Below are positions 30,635 through 40,078 of a stretch of DNA of 41,597 nt, one piece after another. Where the stretch lies: positions 1 through 41,597 of the IMG/VR virus record IMGVR_UViG_2537561603_000003; one strand, given 5' to 3'. Position 1 is the first letter of the stretch. Every line of letters begins with the position of its first letter. Both the position numbers and the translations under genes were made by a program. This DNA comes from a virus (lineage: Duplodnaviria > Heunggongvirae > Uroviricota > Caudoviricetes). The notes below the pieces were generated by a model. It had not been told where the DNA came from and did no database searches. It was given only the letters and a program-made list of their open reading frames with translations.

Positions 30635-31087
30635 ATGGAATTCGAAATCAAAGGCGTGAAATATCGCACGGCAAAACTCAGCGTTTTTGACCAGCTGAAA
30701 GTGATCCGCAAACTTTTGCCGGTACTGGCGGGAATGATGTCAGATTTCGGGAGCATTCGCTCCCGTTTGCCTGCTGACGGCAAAATCGACACCGTGAAAT
30801 TCGAGCACTTAAAACCGGTGTTTGAAACCATGCTCCCGCGTATCGCTGAGGAACTGTCTTCCCTGACCGAAGATGACACCAGTGCGATTATTCATCCCTG
30901 TCTTGCGGTGGTATCGCGGCGTCATATGGACGGATGGGTTCCGGTATTTACCCAGGGCGAACTGATGTTTGATGATATTGACTTGCTGGTCATGCTGCAG
31001 CTGGTGGCGCGGGTGGTCGCCGATTCGCTGGGAAATTTTTTGCCTACACCCCTTACCAGCACGACGCAGAGCCTGCAACAGGGCTGA
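30635..31087 (+). CDS. Tail assembly chaperone (putative)
   Basis: 150-aa acidic protein immediately upstream of the tape measure gene. Confidence 0.45.
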   Translation: MEFEIKGVKYRTAKLSVFDQLKVIRKLLPVLAGMMSDFGSIRSRLPADGKIDTVKFEHLKPVFETMLPRIAEELSSLTEDDTSAIIHPCLAVVSRRHMDGWVPVFTQGELMFDDIDLLVMLQLVARVVADSLGNFLPTPLTSTTQSLQQG

Positions 31088-31264
31088 CGTTTAACAGCCT
31101 GCCGGACGGGCTGTCCTACCTTCTCAATCCGGTTGACGCCGGGTTAATTCCTTATACAGCACTTAAAGATGGCTCTGTCGATTTGTACGATATTGCTCTT
31201 TTGAATGACCATCTGGCGGTAAAAGCGGATAACCAGCGGCGCATTGAGAAATGGAGAGAGGATA

Positions 31265-33253
31265 ATGATCGCTGAAACTATTAAAGATTTCCTCGTCTCG
31301 CTTGGCTTCAGTGTGGATGATGCAGGAGCGAAAAAGTTCGGTTCTGTCCTCGCCGGTACAACTGCAAATGTCATCAAAATGGGACTGGCCGTTGAAGGAG
31401 CTGCGCTGTCCGTGGTGGCCTTCACGGCTAAGATCGCCTCCGGCCTGGATAATCTTTACTGGGCGTCACAGCGCACCGGCGCGACAGTCCAGGGAATTCA
31501 GTCTATTGGCTATGCGGTTTCGCAGGTTGGCGGCAGCGTGGACGCTGCGCGATCTTCTCTGGAAAGCCTCTCCCGGTTTATTCGTAACAATCCCGGTGCA
31601 GAAGGCTTTCTGAATCGCCTGGGCGTACAGACCCGTGATGCCAGCGGTAACATGCGTGACATGGCCGCTATCTTTACGGGCGTTGGACAGAAACTCAGCA
31701 GCATGCCGTATTACCGGGCTAACCAGTATGCGCAGATGCTGGGCATTGACGAAAATACCCTTATGGCGATGCGTCGGGGTGTGGGTGGCTTCTCCGGGCA
31801 GTACAGCGCAATGGCGAAAGCTATCGGCTTCAATGCTGACGAGGCGGCCAGAAGCTCCAACAAATTTATGACCTCCCTGCGTGAGTTTGGCGCGATGGCA
31901 GGCATGGCCCGTGACAAAATCGGCTCTAATCTTGCGGGTGGGCTTGCGGGTTCGCTGGACACCCTGCGCCGCCATATCCTGGACAACTTCCCTCGTATCG
32001 AGCAGACCCTGACGAAAGCCATAAAAGGCATTCTGGCGCTCGGGGATATTATCGGGCGGCTGTTCTTCAGACTGATTGAAGGAACATCAAGCCTCATCAC
32101 CTGGTGGCAATCGCTGGATAAGCAAACGCGGGAGTTGATCTCGCTGTTTGGCGCACTGACGATTGCGCTGCGCATTCTGAACAGTACGTTCTGGATGTCG
32201 CCGATTGGCCTCATTACCGCGCTGGCGGCGGGTATTGCCCTCCTGTGGGAGGACTATCAGATCTGGAAGGAAGGCGGCGACAGCCTGATTGACTGGGGCA
32301 AGTGGAAACCGGAGGTCGATGCCGCGCTGAAGATGGTTCGTGACCTTAAAACGACCGTTAACGACCTGGCGAAAGCGCTGGCGAAACTACTCAATATTGA
32401 CCCCAAATCATGGTCCCTGAAGTGGGATTTCAGCAACTTCATCGACCAGATGGGCGAATTCAGCAAAATGCTGAACATGATCGCCGACCTGCTCAACGCT
32501 ATCAAAGATGGCCGCTGGGCTGATGCCGTCAGCATCGGCAAACAGATACTTAATCAGGGCAGCGAAAATCCGTCAGCGATGCCGATGGTTACAGACAGCG
32601 CTAACAGTACTGCCGACTGGATTAAAGAGCACTGGGGATTCGATCCCCGCAGTGTGGGCCGGACGGTACGCGGCTGGTTTGGTGATGATGAGCCGGAACA
32701 ACATGCACAGGCTACGAAACGAGGAGAACGGAATAACAATCCGGGAAACCTTAATTTTGCTGGTCAGGCGGGGGCTTCTCTTGAACGCCCGGGCGGGCGA
32801 TTTGCCAGATTCGAAACTGCCTTTGATGGATTACGGGCTCTTGCTCGTCAGTTAATGTTGTATGCCGGACGTGGAATAAACAGCGTGGAGAAAATTATCT
32901 CTACCTGGGCGCCTGCGTCTGATAATAACAACACAACTGCGTATATCAGGGCTGTATCGCAACGACTGGGAGTGGATCCCCGGGCTGCCCTGAATATGAG
33001 CGATCCGCAAACCATGTCAGCATTGATGAGCAGCATTATCCAGCATGAAAATGGAAGAAATATCTATTCTCAAGAGCTGATTAATAAGGCTGCCGTGGCG
33101 GGAATTAGTGGCAAAGTGACAGAGGTTAACCAGCAAAATACCTACCACATTTACGGTGGCGGAGATCCGCACGCTGTCGGTAATGAGGTTGCACGTCGGC
33201 AACAGTCTGCAAATGCTCAGGTCATGCGAAGTAATCAGGTGAGGGTGAGTTAG
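31265..33253 (+). CDS. Tail tape measure protein with C-terminal lysozyme-like region
   Basis: About 662 aa from the ATG at 31265 (RBS GAGAGAGGA); helical and Ala/Gly-rich with hydrophobic segments; the C-terminal part (…SDPQTMSALMSSIIQHENG…) looks like a peptidoglycan-hydrolase-type domain. Confidence 0.65.
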   Translation: MIAETIKDFLVSLGFSVDDAGAKKFGSVLAGTTANVIKMGLAVEGAALSVVAFTAKIASGLDNLYWASQRTGATVQGIQSIGYAVSQVGGSVDAARSSLESLSRFIRNNPGAEGFLNRLGVQTRDASGNMRDMAAIFTGVGQKLSSMPYYRANQYAQMLGIDENTLMAMRRGVGGFSGQYSAMAKAIGFNADEAARSSNKFMTSLREFGAMAGMARDKIGSNLAGGLAGSLDTLRRHILDNFPRIEQTLTKAIKGILALGDIIGRLFFRLIEGTSSLITWWQSLDKQTRELISLFGALTIALRILNSTFWMSPIGLITALAAGIALLWEDYQIWKEGGDSLIDWGKWKPEVDAALKMVRDLKTTVNDLAKALAKLLNIDPKSWSLKWDFSNFIDQMGEFSKMLNMIADLLNAIKDGRWADAVSIGKQILNQGSENPSAMPMVTDSANSTADWIKEHWGFDPRSVGRTVRGWFGDDEPEQHAQATKRGERNNNPGNLNFAGQAGASLERPGGRFARFETAFDGLRALARQLMLYAGRGINSVEKIISTWAPASDNNNTTAYIRAVSQRLGVDPRAALNMSDPQTMSALMSSIIQHENGRNIYSQELINKAAVAGISGKVTEVNQQNTYHIYGGGDPHAVGNEVARRQQSANAQVMRSNQVRVS

Positions 33254-33840
33254 TGGATATTCTCTCTACACTTTTTCATCAGCAGAGCAGAAAAATAGGA
33301 ATAATTGTTCCCAGTGTTGTTATTTCAGAGAAGCATACAGATATGCTTGAAATAACCGAGCATCCGGTAGAAGTCGGGGCCGCTGTCGCTGATCATGCCT
33401 ATAAAAAACCGTCAGAAGTGGTGATGGAGGTTGGTTTCGCCGGTGGCGGCGCATTGCTGGATTTTGCCAGTAATCTGACGGCTACCAGCCTGCTCGGCCT
33501 GAGTCCTCAGCAGACGTATCAGGAGCTACTGGATCTGCAGGAAAGCCGTATCCCCTTCGATGTGGTAACCGGTAAACGACTGTACAGCAACATGTTGATC
33601 CGGGCGCTGGAAGTGACGACGGACAAGACAACCGAAAACATCCTGTCCGCCGTTCTTACCCTGAGGGAGGTCCTTATCTCCCGGACACAGCAGATTACCG
33701 TCGCGGATAAAACCAATATGAAGGAAGGGGCCAGCACCTCGGCGGTACAGAACAGCGGCAACAAAACCACAAAACCTCCAGATACTTCACTGCTGAAAAG
33801 CATCACGGGTAACGTGGCGTCATTACTGGGGGGCGGCTAA
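33253..33840 (+). CDS. Tail/baseplate protein (putative)
   Basis: 195-aa ORF with GTG start overlapping the tape measure stop. Confidence 0.4.
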   Translation: MDILSTLFHQQSRKIGIIVPSVVISEKHTDMLEITEHPVEVGAAVADHAYKKPSEVVMEVGFAGGGALLDFASNLTATSLLGLSPQQTYQELLDLQESRIPFDVVTGKRLYSNMLIRALEVTTDKTTENILSAVLTLREVLISRTQQITVADKTNMKEGASTSAVQNSGNKTTKPPDTSLLKSITGNVASLLGGG

Positions 33841-34142
33841 TGACAATTCAGGAAATTCCGCTGACAGCGGACAACCAGCAGTTCAGCATCGTCCTGGGTG
33901 GTGTCACCTGGCGGATTAGCATCATATGGCGCGATCTTTACTGGATTATGGACCTGCTGAATGACAGAGGGGAGCCGGTAATCTCCGGTATTCCTCTCGT
34001 CACTGGCGCTGATCTGCTGGCGCAGTACGCCTGTATGGGGCTTGGTTTTAAGCTGTTGGTGGTCTGCGATGACAACACACAGGATTATCCCACGAAAACT
34101 GACCTGGGCGGTCGCAGTCATTTACTGGTATCAACGGAGTAA
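33840..34142 (+). CDS. Tail/baseplate protein (putative)
   Basis: 100-aa ORF; ATG at 33840 overlaps the previous stop. Confidence 0.4.
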   Translation: MTIQEIPLTADNQQFSIVLGGVTWRISIIWRDLYWIMDLLNDRGEPVISGIPLVTGADLLAQYACMGLGFKLLVVCDDNTQDYPTKTDLGGRSHLLVSTE

Positions 34143-34144
34143 GC

Positions 34145-35206
34145 ATGTCACAGAACTGGATGAGACATTTCGAGCTGCAGCTTGTGGACGGGAACGGTCA
34201 GGGAATTGAGCTAAGTGATTTTAAAGTCACCTTTACGATCGACTGGTTCAACATCAGCAGTGCGTCCCGGGTAGGGACTATCAAAATTTATAACCTCTCG
34301 GCAGATACTGTGAACCGAATCACCGGGCAGGAGTTTTCGAAAGTGCGTCTGATTGCGGGTTACGACGGTATCGCGCCGGAGGTATCGGCCAGCGACGTCG
34401 GGACCGTGCGGGAAGTCGACGCGGCGGATGTGGGCCAGAGTGATGGCCGCAACTATGGGATGATTTTCAGCGGCGAAATTCGTTACTCGGTAACAGGAAA
34501 AGACAGCCCCATTGATTCTTACGTTCTGATTCAGGCTGCCGATACGGATCTGGCTTTTGCCACCAGCATAACTTCGCAGACGCTGGCGGCCGGTTATACG
34601 GTCGCAGACGTGAATCGCGCGCTGATGAAAGACTTCGAGGCCAAAGGCGCGACTGAAGGTCTGACGCCTGAAATGCCTGCTACCGTTTTCCCCCGGGGCC
34701 GGGTGCTATTCGGCATGACACGTCATCTTATGGATAACGTGGCCGGACAATGTGGCGCAACATGGCAGTTCGTGGATGGTCAGCGCCAGATGGTGGCGAA
34801 TAACGAATATGTTCACGACGCGATTGTGCTCAACAGTGCCACGGGGCTTATCGGTATGCCACAGAAGACTATCGGCAACGGCGTAAACGTCCGCGCGCTG
34901 ATTAACCCGAACATCCGGGTTAACGGGCTCATTAAGCTGGATCAGGCTTCAGTATTCCGCACCGCGCTGTCGAACAACCATATCGCGATGGCCGGCGGGC
35001 AGATCACCGACCAGAACACGGACGGAAATATCACGCTCAGCGGCACCACATCGCAGCCTGCCAGCATCGCAACGGATGGCGTTTATATTGTGCGCGGGAT
35101 TATGTACACTGGCGATACAAGGGGCCAGGCGTGGTACATGGATATGATGTGCGAAGCGCGTGGCGCGGCGGATCTGTATACGCAATCGGCTTTGCAAAGG
35201 GGATGA
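34145..35206 (+). CDS. Baseplate hub-like protein (putative)
   Basis: 353-aa ORF located between the tape measure and spike genes. Confidence 0.45.
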   Translation: MSQNWMRHFELQLVDGNGQGIELSDFKVTFTIDWFNISSASRVGTIKIYNLSADTVNRITGQEFSKVRLIAGYDGIAPEVSASDVGTVREVDAADVGQSDGRNYGMIFSGEIRYSVTGKDSPIDSYVLIQAADTDLAFATSITSQTLAAGYTVADVNRALMKDFEAKGATEGLTPEMPATVFPRGRVLFGMTRHLMDNVAGQCGATWQFVDGQRQMVANNEYVHDAIVLNSATGLIGMPQKTIGNGVNVRALINPNIRVNGLIKLDQASVFRTALSNNHIAMAGGQITDQNTDGNITLSGTTSQPASIATDGVYIVRGIMYTGDTRGQAWYMDMMCEARGAADLYTQSALQRG

Positions 35207-35209
35207 GCA

Positions 35210-35551
35210 ATGAGGGGTATTATTTTTCTGTTAGCTGTCTTTTCTGCGTGCAGCGCGTGGGCGGATGGCTTCACGGTTAAATGCGGTGGCTACACTATGG
35301 TTGCAAACCAGGGCGAGTTATCGACAATCAACGGTGAAAGAGTTACCTCTCAAAAAATCACCGAACTGGGTACCAATGGTTTGAAAGTAGACATGGGGCT
35401 TATGCCTGCCAAAGACGGTAACAACTACGGCTTTGAATACATTCGTCGCCCTGGTACCGAAACGCGATTCCTTAATGTCCAACTGCTGCAGAACAGCATG
35501 GATGCGCCGAAAATCATCGGTTCCTTTCCATGCAAAAAGATTGTTGATTAA
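35210..35551 (+). CDS. Secreted 113-aa protein (moron in the baseplate cluster)
   Basis: N-terminus MRGIIFLLAVFSACSAWADGF is a signal peptide (possible lipobox FSAC or AWA-D cleavage); starts 4 nt after the previous stop. Confidence 0.55.
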   Translation: MRGIIFLLAVFSACSAWADGFTVKCGGYTMVANQGELSTINGERVTSQKITELGTNGLKVDMGLMPAKDGNNYGFEYIRRPGTETRFLNVQLLQNSMDAPKIIGSFPCKKIVD

Positions 35552-35604
35552 TCACTCGTAATTATAATGTGATACTTCTACTTTCACGATAAGGAATTTG
35601 TCGC

Positions 35605-35844
35605 ATGTTCGGATTTGATAAATTAATAACTCCAAAAATCATCAACGTTCTGTATGGCATCACAATGTTACTTCTGGTTGTTGCCGCCATTATAACGTTT
35701 GTTAATGGGAAGGCTGCTGGCGCTTTAGTGCTTTTGTTATGTGCTGTATTTTGCCGAATATTCTTTGAGTGCATCATGGTTTCATTTAAAAACAATGAGT
35801 ATCTTCGCCGAATAGCTGAAGCGTTAGAAGCAAACAAGCAGTAA
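35605..35844 (+). CDS. Small membrane protein, 79 aa, two predicted TM helices
   Basis: ATG at 35605 with an AAGGAA RBS (35591-35596); hydrophobic stretches VLYGITMLLLVVAAIITFV and ALVLLLCAVFCRIFF. Confidence 0.5.
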   Translation: MFGFDKLITPKIINVLYGITMLLLVVAAIITFVNGKAAGALVLLLCAVFCRIFFECIMVSFKNNEYLRRIAEALEANKQ

Positions 35845-35862
35845 TGAAACTTCAATAATGAA

Positions 35863-35884
35863 CCCGCCACCCGGCGGGTTTTTT
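35863..35884 (+). terminator. Intrinsic terminator after the moron pair
   Basis: cccgcc (35863-35868) / ggcggg (35873-35878) stem with loop accc, followed by tttttt (35879-35884). Confidence 0.7.
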
Positions 35885-35903
35885 GCTTTCTGGAGCCTAC
35901 TAA

Positions 35904-36656
35904 ATGGCAGTATCTGACCAGACCCGCAGCGGCGACCTTGCCGAAACATTCAAATCTGAACGGGAAACAACAAAGAACCAGATCCGTGTCGCCTTGCCTG
36001 GCATTGTTCAGTCATTCGATCCCGACGCGGTGACGGCGGTTGTGCAGCCAGCTATCCGTTCGGTTGAAAAGGATAACGACGGTAACCGCATTACCAAAAA
36101 TTACCCGTTGCTGGTGGATGTGCCAGTGGTATTTCCGCGCGGCGGAGGCTGTACGTTGACTTTTCCGGTTAAAGCCGGGGATGAGTGTCTTGTCGTTTTT
36201 GCCGATCGTTGTATTGATTTCTGGTGGCAGAGCGGTGGGATACAGGAGCCGGTCGATGACAGAATGCATGATTTATCGGATGCATTTTGTATTGTCGGTC
36301 CCCAGTCGCAGGCGAGGAAGATTAGCGGTATTAATACCAGTGTCACACAGTTGCGTAGTGACGACGGCAGCACCTATTTTGAGCTTAATCCTGATACCCG
36401 GAAAATTAAAATTGTCGCCCCGGGTGGTCTTGATGTGGTTGCCCCTCTGGCTGATTTTTCTGAGAAAGTAACCATTCATGGCCTGTTAACCTGGATGGGG
36501 GGCATGGTGGGGTCTGTTGTTTCTGGTGTGGCTTCAAAAATCACTGGTGCTGTTGAGTTCTTGGGGAGCGTTAAGGCTAACGGCAAGCCAATCGATGATA
36601 CGCACACTCATGGCGGTGTTCAGCGCGGTGGAAGCAATACCGATGGGGTAAACTGA
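35904..36656 (+). CDS. Baseplate spike protein (gpV-like)
   Basis: 250-aa protein with a C-terminal HTHGG...GG segment as in gpV-type spike tips; TGGAG RBS upstream. Confidence 0.55.
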   Translation: MAVSDQTRSGDLAETFKSERETTKNQIRVALPGIVQSFDPDAVTAVVQPAIRSVEKDNDGNRITKNYPLLVDVPVVFPRGGGCTLTFPVKAGDECLVVFADRCIDFWWQSGGIQEPVDDRMHDLSDAFCIVGPQSQARKISGINTSVTQLRSDDGSTYFELNPDTRKIKIVAPGGLDVVAPLADFSEKVTIHGLLTWMGGMVGSVVSGVASKITGAVEFLGSVKANGKPIDDTHTHGGVQRGGSNTDGVN

Positions 36657-37009
36657 TGCGATACAGACGTGAAGACGCCGATGGCGATTACACCTTTGGC
36701 AGCGGTGATGACACCTGGCTGATTAACTCACCGGAGGCCGTGGCGCAGGCGGTAAAAACGCGATTCGAATTGTGGTATGGGCAATGGTTTCTCGACACCA
36801 CCGAGGGGACTCCGTGGATCCAGTCCGTGCTGGGCAGGCAAAAACCGGAAACTTACAACCTGGCGATCAGAAAACGCATTCTGGAAACGCGGGGCGTTAA
36901 ATCAATCCTCTCTTTCAATACGACGGTGGATACCACGACCCGACGTGTCATGTTTTCCGCTGAAATCGACACTCTCTATGGAATAACGACTGTTACATCG
37001 GAGGCGTAA
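36656..37009 (+). CDS. Baseplate protein (gp25/W-like, putative)
   Basis: 117-aa ORF between the spike and J-like genes. Confidence 0.45.
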   Translation: MRYRREDADGDYTFGSGDDTWLINSPEAVAQAVKTRFELWYGQWFLDTTEGTPWIQSVLGRQKPETYNLAIRKRILETRGVKSILSFNTTVDTTTRRVMFSAEIDTLYGITTVTSEA

Positions 37010-38208
37010 TGGCTCTGAACCTTGATTCTCTCGGTTTATCTGCAAAGGTAACCGCGGAGGGGATCAGTGCGCCTGATTATCAGACGATACTCAGCACCCT
37101 GATTAGCTATTTTCAGCAGATTTATGGCAGTGATGCCTACCTCGAACCGGACAGCAAAGACGGCCAGATGGTGGCTCTGATGGCGCTGGCGATTCATGAT
37201 GCCAATAATATGGCGATAACTGTCTACAACTGTTTTTCACCGGCAACCGGCTATGGGGCTGCACTGACCAGTAACGTGAAAATAAATGGTATTTCACGTA
37301 AAGGCGCGACGAACTCTACGGTTGATTTGCTTCTTACAGGAACTGCCGGAACAACCATCATTAATGGCAGCGTGAAAGACAGTAATAATGTGATATGGCG
37401 TTTGCCTGCTTCAGTGGTGGTCGGCGTGGATGGTACAGTGATGGCGACCGCAACATGTTCCGTCAGTGGTGCAGTGGCGGCGCTGGCTGGAACTATCACT
37501 GAAATTAATACGCCAACCCGTGGCTGGGTTTCGGTAACTAATCCTGCTGCGGCTACTGTTGGCTCTCCGGCAGAAACTGATGCTGAGTTACGTATCCGCC
37601 AGTCGCAAAGTGTTGCATTGCCATCAATAACCCCATTTGAAGCACTGGATGGTGCTGTTTCTAATGTTACCGGTGTAACCCGCCACAAACTCTATGAAAA
37701 CGATACTGGTTCGGAGGACGGTAACGGGTTACCGCCACACTCTGTTGCTGTAATTGTGGATGGCGGTGATGTGACGGATATTGCTCAGGCTATCAGAGGG
37801 AATAAAGGCCAGGGGACAGCCACTCACGGTACAACATCCGTTACGGTTCCGGATAAATACGGCAATCCCCATGTAATCAAATTCTCGCGTTCCAGTGATG
37901 TACCTGTTTATGCCCGGATTAAATTAAAAGTTTTTACGGGTTATACCTCACAGATAGGGCAGCAGATCCAGCAGGCTATTTCCGACTATATCAATAGTCT
38001 GACGATCGGTGATTCGGTCCTTTTAAGTCGCATTTACTCACCGGCGAATCTTGGCGTGGTGAGTGGCGGGAATGCACGCTATTACGATATTCAGGAACTG
38101 ACGATTGGGAAATCCCCGGGGGCTTTGTCGTCATCAAACATTGATATCAGATATAACGAATCTGCGTCCTGTACCCCGGTAAATATCGTTATAACGGTGG
38201 AATCATGA
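37009..38208 (+). CDS. Baseplate J-like protein
   Basis: 399-aa protein at the canonical position before the tail fibre genes. Confidence 0.55.
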   Translation: MALNLDSLGLSAKVTAEGISAPDYQTILSTLISYFQQIYGSDAYLEPDSKDGQMVALMALAIHDANNMAITVYNCFSPATGYGAALTSNVKINGISRKGATNSTVDLLLTGTAGTTIINGSVKDSNNVIWRLPASVVVGVDGTVMATATCSVSGAVAALAGTITEINTPTRGWVSVTNPAAATVGSPAETDAELRIRQSQSVALPSITPFEALDGAVSNVTGVTRHKLYENDTGSEDGNGLPPHSVAVIVDGGDVTDIAQAIRGNKGQGTATHGTTSVTVPDKYGNPHVIKFSRSSDVPVYARIKLKVFTGYTSQIGQQIQQAISDYINSLTIGDSVLLSRIYSPANLGVVSGGNARYYDIQELTIGKSPGALSSSNIDIRYNESASCTPVNIVITVES

Positions 38209-38885
38209 GCAAATACACCGAACTAATCACAAACCATCACGCCACCAAACCTAAATTTCTTGCGCATGTTGATCTGATGACCCGGCCACTTATTGATGTT
38301 GCGGCTGCCACCAGAGGGCTGATTACTGCATTTGATATTGACTCTGCGGTTGGTATGCAACTTGACATTCTGGGATTGTGGATCGGACGTAGCCGTGTTG
38401 TCAGCCAGCCTATTTCAGGTGTCTATTTCAGCTGGGATACCGACGGGCTTGGATATGATCAGGGTGTATGGCAGGGGCCATATGATCCTGATTCTGGATA
38501 CATGTATCTCAGCGATGAAACTTATCGTGTCATTCTTAAAGCGAAGATTGCGATTAATAACTGGGACGGACGGAATGATTCGCTTCCGGCAATTCTTGAC
38601 GCGGCAACAGCAGGATCCGGGCTGCGAATGCAGATAGTCGATAACCAGGACATGACGATATCGGTCTGGGTCTTTCCTGATACTGATATTTCAGATGTAT
38701 CGCGTGAGTTAATTGCGGCAATTAAACAGGGGTATCTCACAGTAAAAGCCGCCGGGGTATGGGCGGGTGGCATTGAAACACCTTCGGTGGAAACCCCATC
38801 GGAAGGCTCAAAATTTTTTGGTTTTGATATGGATAACGAATTCATCAGTGGTTTTGATGTAGGAGCATGGGGAGTATTACTCTGA
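38205..38885 (+). CDS. Tail/baseplate protein (gpI-like, putative)
   Basis: 226-aa ORF coupled (ATGA) to the J-like gene. Confidence 0.45.
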   Translation: MSKYTELITNHHATKPKFLAHVDLMTRPLIDVAAATRGLITAFDIDSAVGMQLDILGLWIGRSRVVSQPISGVYFSWDTDGLGYDQGVWQGPYDPDSGYMYLSDETYRVILKAKIAINNWDGRNDSLPAILDAATAGSGLRMQIVDNQDMTISVWVFPDTDISDVSRELIAAIKQGYLTVKAAGVWAGGIETPSVETPSEGSKFFGFDMDNEFISGFDVGAWGVLL

Positions 38886-39622
38886 TGGCGAAAAATGACT
38901 TTAAAGCGTTTGCAACGGGTAAAAATGCCAATGTTATGTCGCAGGAGGAATGGGAAGCGTTGCCTGCGCTTTTATCCGGATTTACAGCAGGGAAAGCATC
39001 CAGTGCGCAAGTCAACAAGGCTATTCGGCAGGCCAGCTTTATCGCGGCAGCGCTGGCGCAGTACACCGCCAACAAAAGCGGGCTGGATGTACTTGATGAT
39101 GGTGATCTGAACGGGTTCATTATCAAAATGACCACCGCGTTCGGTAAGGATTTCCAGGCGCTTGATGCCACGCTGACGGCACTGGCATCACTAACGGGTG
39201 CAGCTAATAAATTGCCATATTTCAATGGCAATGACACCATGGCCCTGACTGGTCTAACGGATATTGGCCGCACTGTTATTGGTAGCCCGGATGCAGGTGC
39301 AGCGCAGAACAATCTAGGGTTTTCATTTAATGGAACAATAAATTCATTTGTTTCAAAAGGGCCGGGATTGCTGATTAAACAGGGTGGGAAAGTCACGGCA
39401 CCTGATGGTACGGGAAACTCCCTTGTAATCAATTTCCCAATTGCATTTCCGAATGGTTGTGTTGATTGTTTTGCTATATTTGAGGATGGTGTCCCGAACC
39501 AAACACCATTTGAGATATCCATCGTTCCTGAAAATAATAGAATGATAGTCTTTATTTTGAGCACAGGTGGTTCAGTTTTCTTCAATAACAGATCATTACG
39601 TTGGATGGCTGAGGGGTTTTGA
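38885..39622 (+). CDS. Tail fibre protein
   Basis: Segment TLTALASLTGAANKLPYFNGNDTMALTGLTDIGRTVIG resembles the conserved motif of lambda Stf / P2 H-type fibres (…ALAGLSTAKNKLPYF…); ATG at 38885 overlaps the previous stop. Confidence 0.7.
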   Translation: MAKNDFKAFATGKNANVMSQEEWEALPALLSGFTAGKASSAQVNKAIRQASFIAAALAQYTANKSGLDVLDDGDLNGFIIKMTTAFGKDFQALDATLTALASLTGAANKLPYFNGNDTMALTGLTDIGRTVIGSPDAGAAQNNLGFSFNGTINSFVSKGPGLLIKQGGKVTAPDGTGNSLVINFPIAFPNGCVDCFAIFEDGVPNQTPFEISIVPENNRMIVFILSTGGSVFFNNRSLRWMAEGF

Positions 39623-39623
39623 T

Positions 39624-40067
39624 ATGATGAATTACAACTATTATTACAGTCCAAAAATGAATAGCTTTTACCCAGCAGATCTTCGCAAGCGATATGAACA
39701 GGCTGGTTCATGGCCCTCCGATGCGCTTGGGATTAGCGATGAGATATTCAACCAGTATTCAGTTTCCCCGCCAGCAGGAAAAATAAGAGTATCGAGCGGT
39801 GATGGATTGCCATCATGGGGAGAAATCCCTCCGCCCACTCATGAAGAGCAAAAAGCTATGGCGGTTTCAAAAAAACAATCACTGATTGATCAAGCTAATG
39901 AATACATAAATGGTAAACAATGGCCGGGTAAAGCGGCGCTTGGGCGTCTAAAAGATGAAGAATTGGAAAGATATAGTATTTGGCTAGATTATCTTGATAC
40001 ATTGTATGCTGTAGATATTTCTACAGCACCAGAAATTATTTGGCCCACTTCGCCAGAAAAATTGTGA
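39624..40067 (+). CDS. Tail fibre assembly chaperone (Tfa)
   Basis: Product MMNYNYYYSPKMNSFYPADLRKRYEQAGSWPSDALGISDEIFNQY... is a typical Tfa N-terminus; starts 2 nt after the fibre stop. Confidence 0.8.
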   Translation: MMNYNYYYSPKMNSFYPADLRKRYEQAGSWPSDALGISDEIFNQYSVSPPAGKIRVSSGDGLPSWGEIPPPTHEEQKAMAVSKKQSLIDQANEYINGKQWPGKAALGRLKDEELERYSIWLDYLDTLYAVDISTAPEIIWPTSPEKL

Positions 40068-40078
40068 CAGAGCCTAAT

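Noticed and set aside
31466-32214. Antisense and alternative-frame ORFs inside the tape measure gene
   Set aside because: Embedded in a long, well-supported plus-strand ORF; low-complexity translations.
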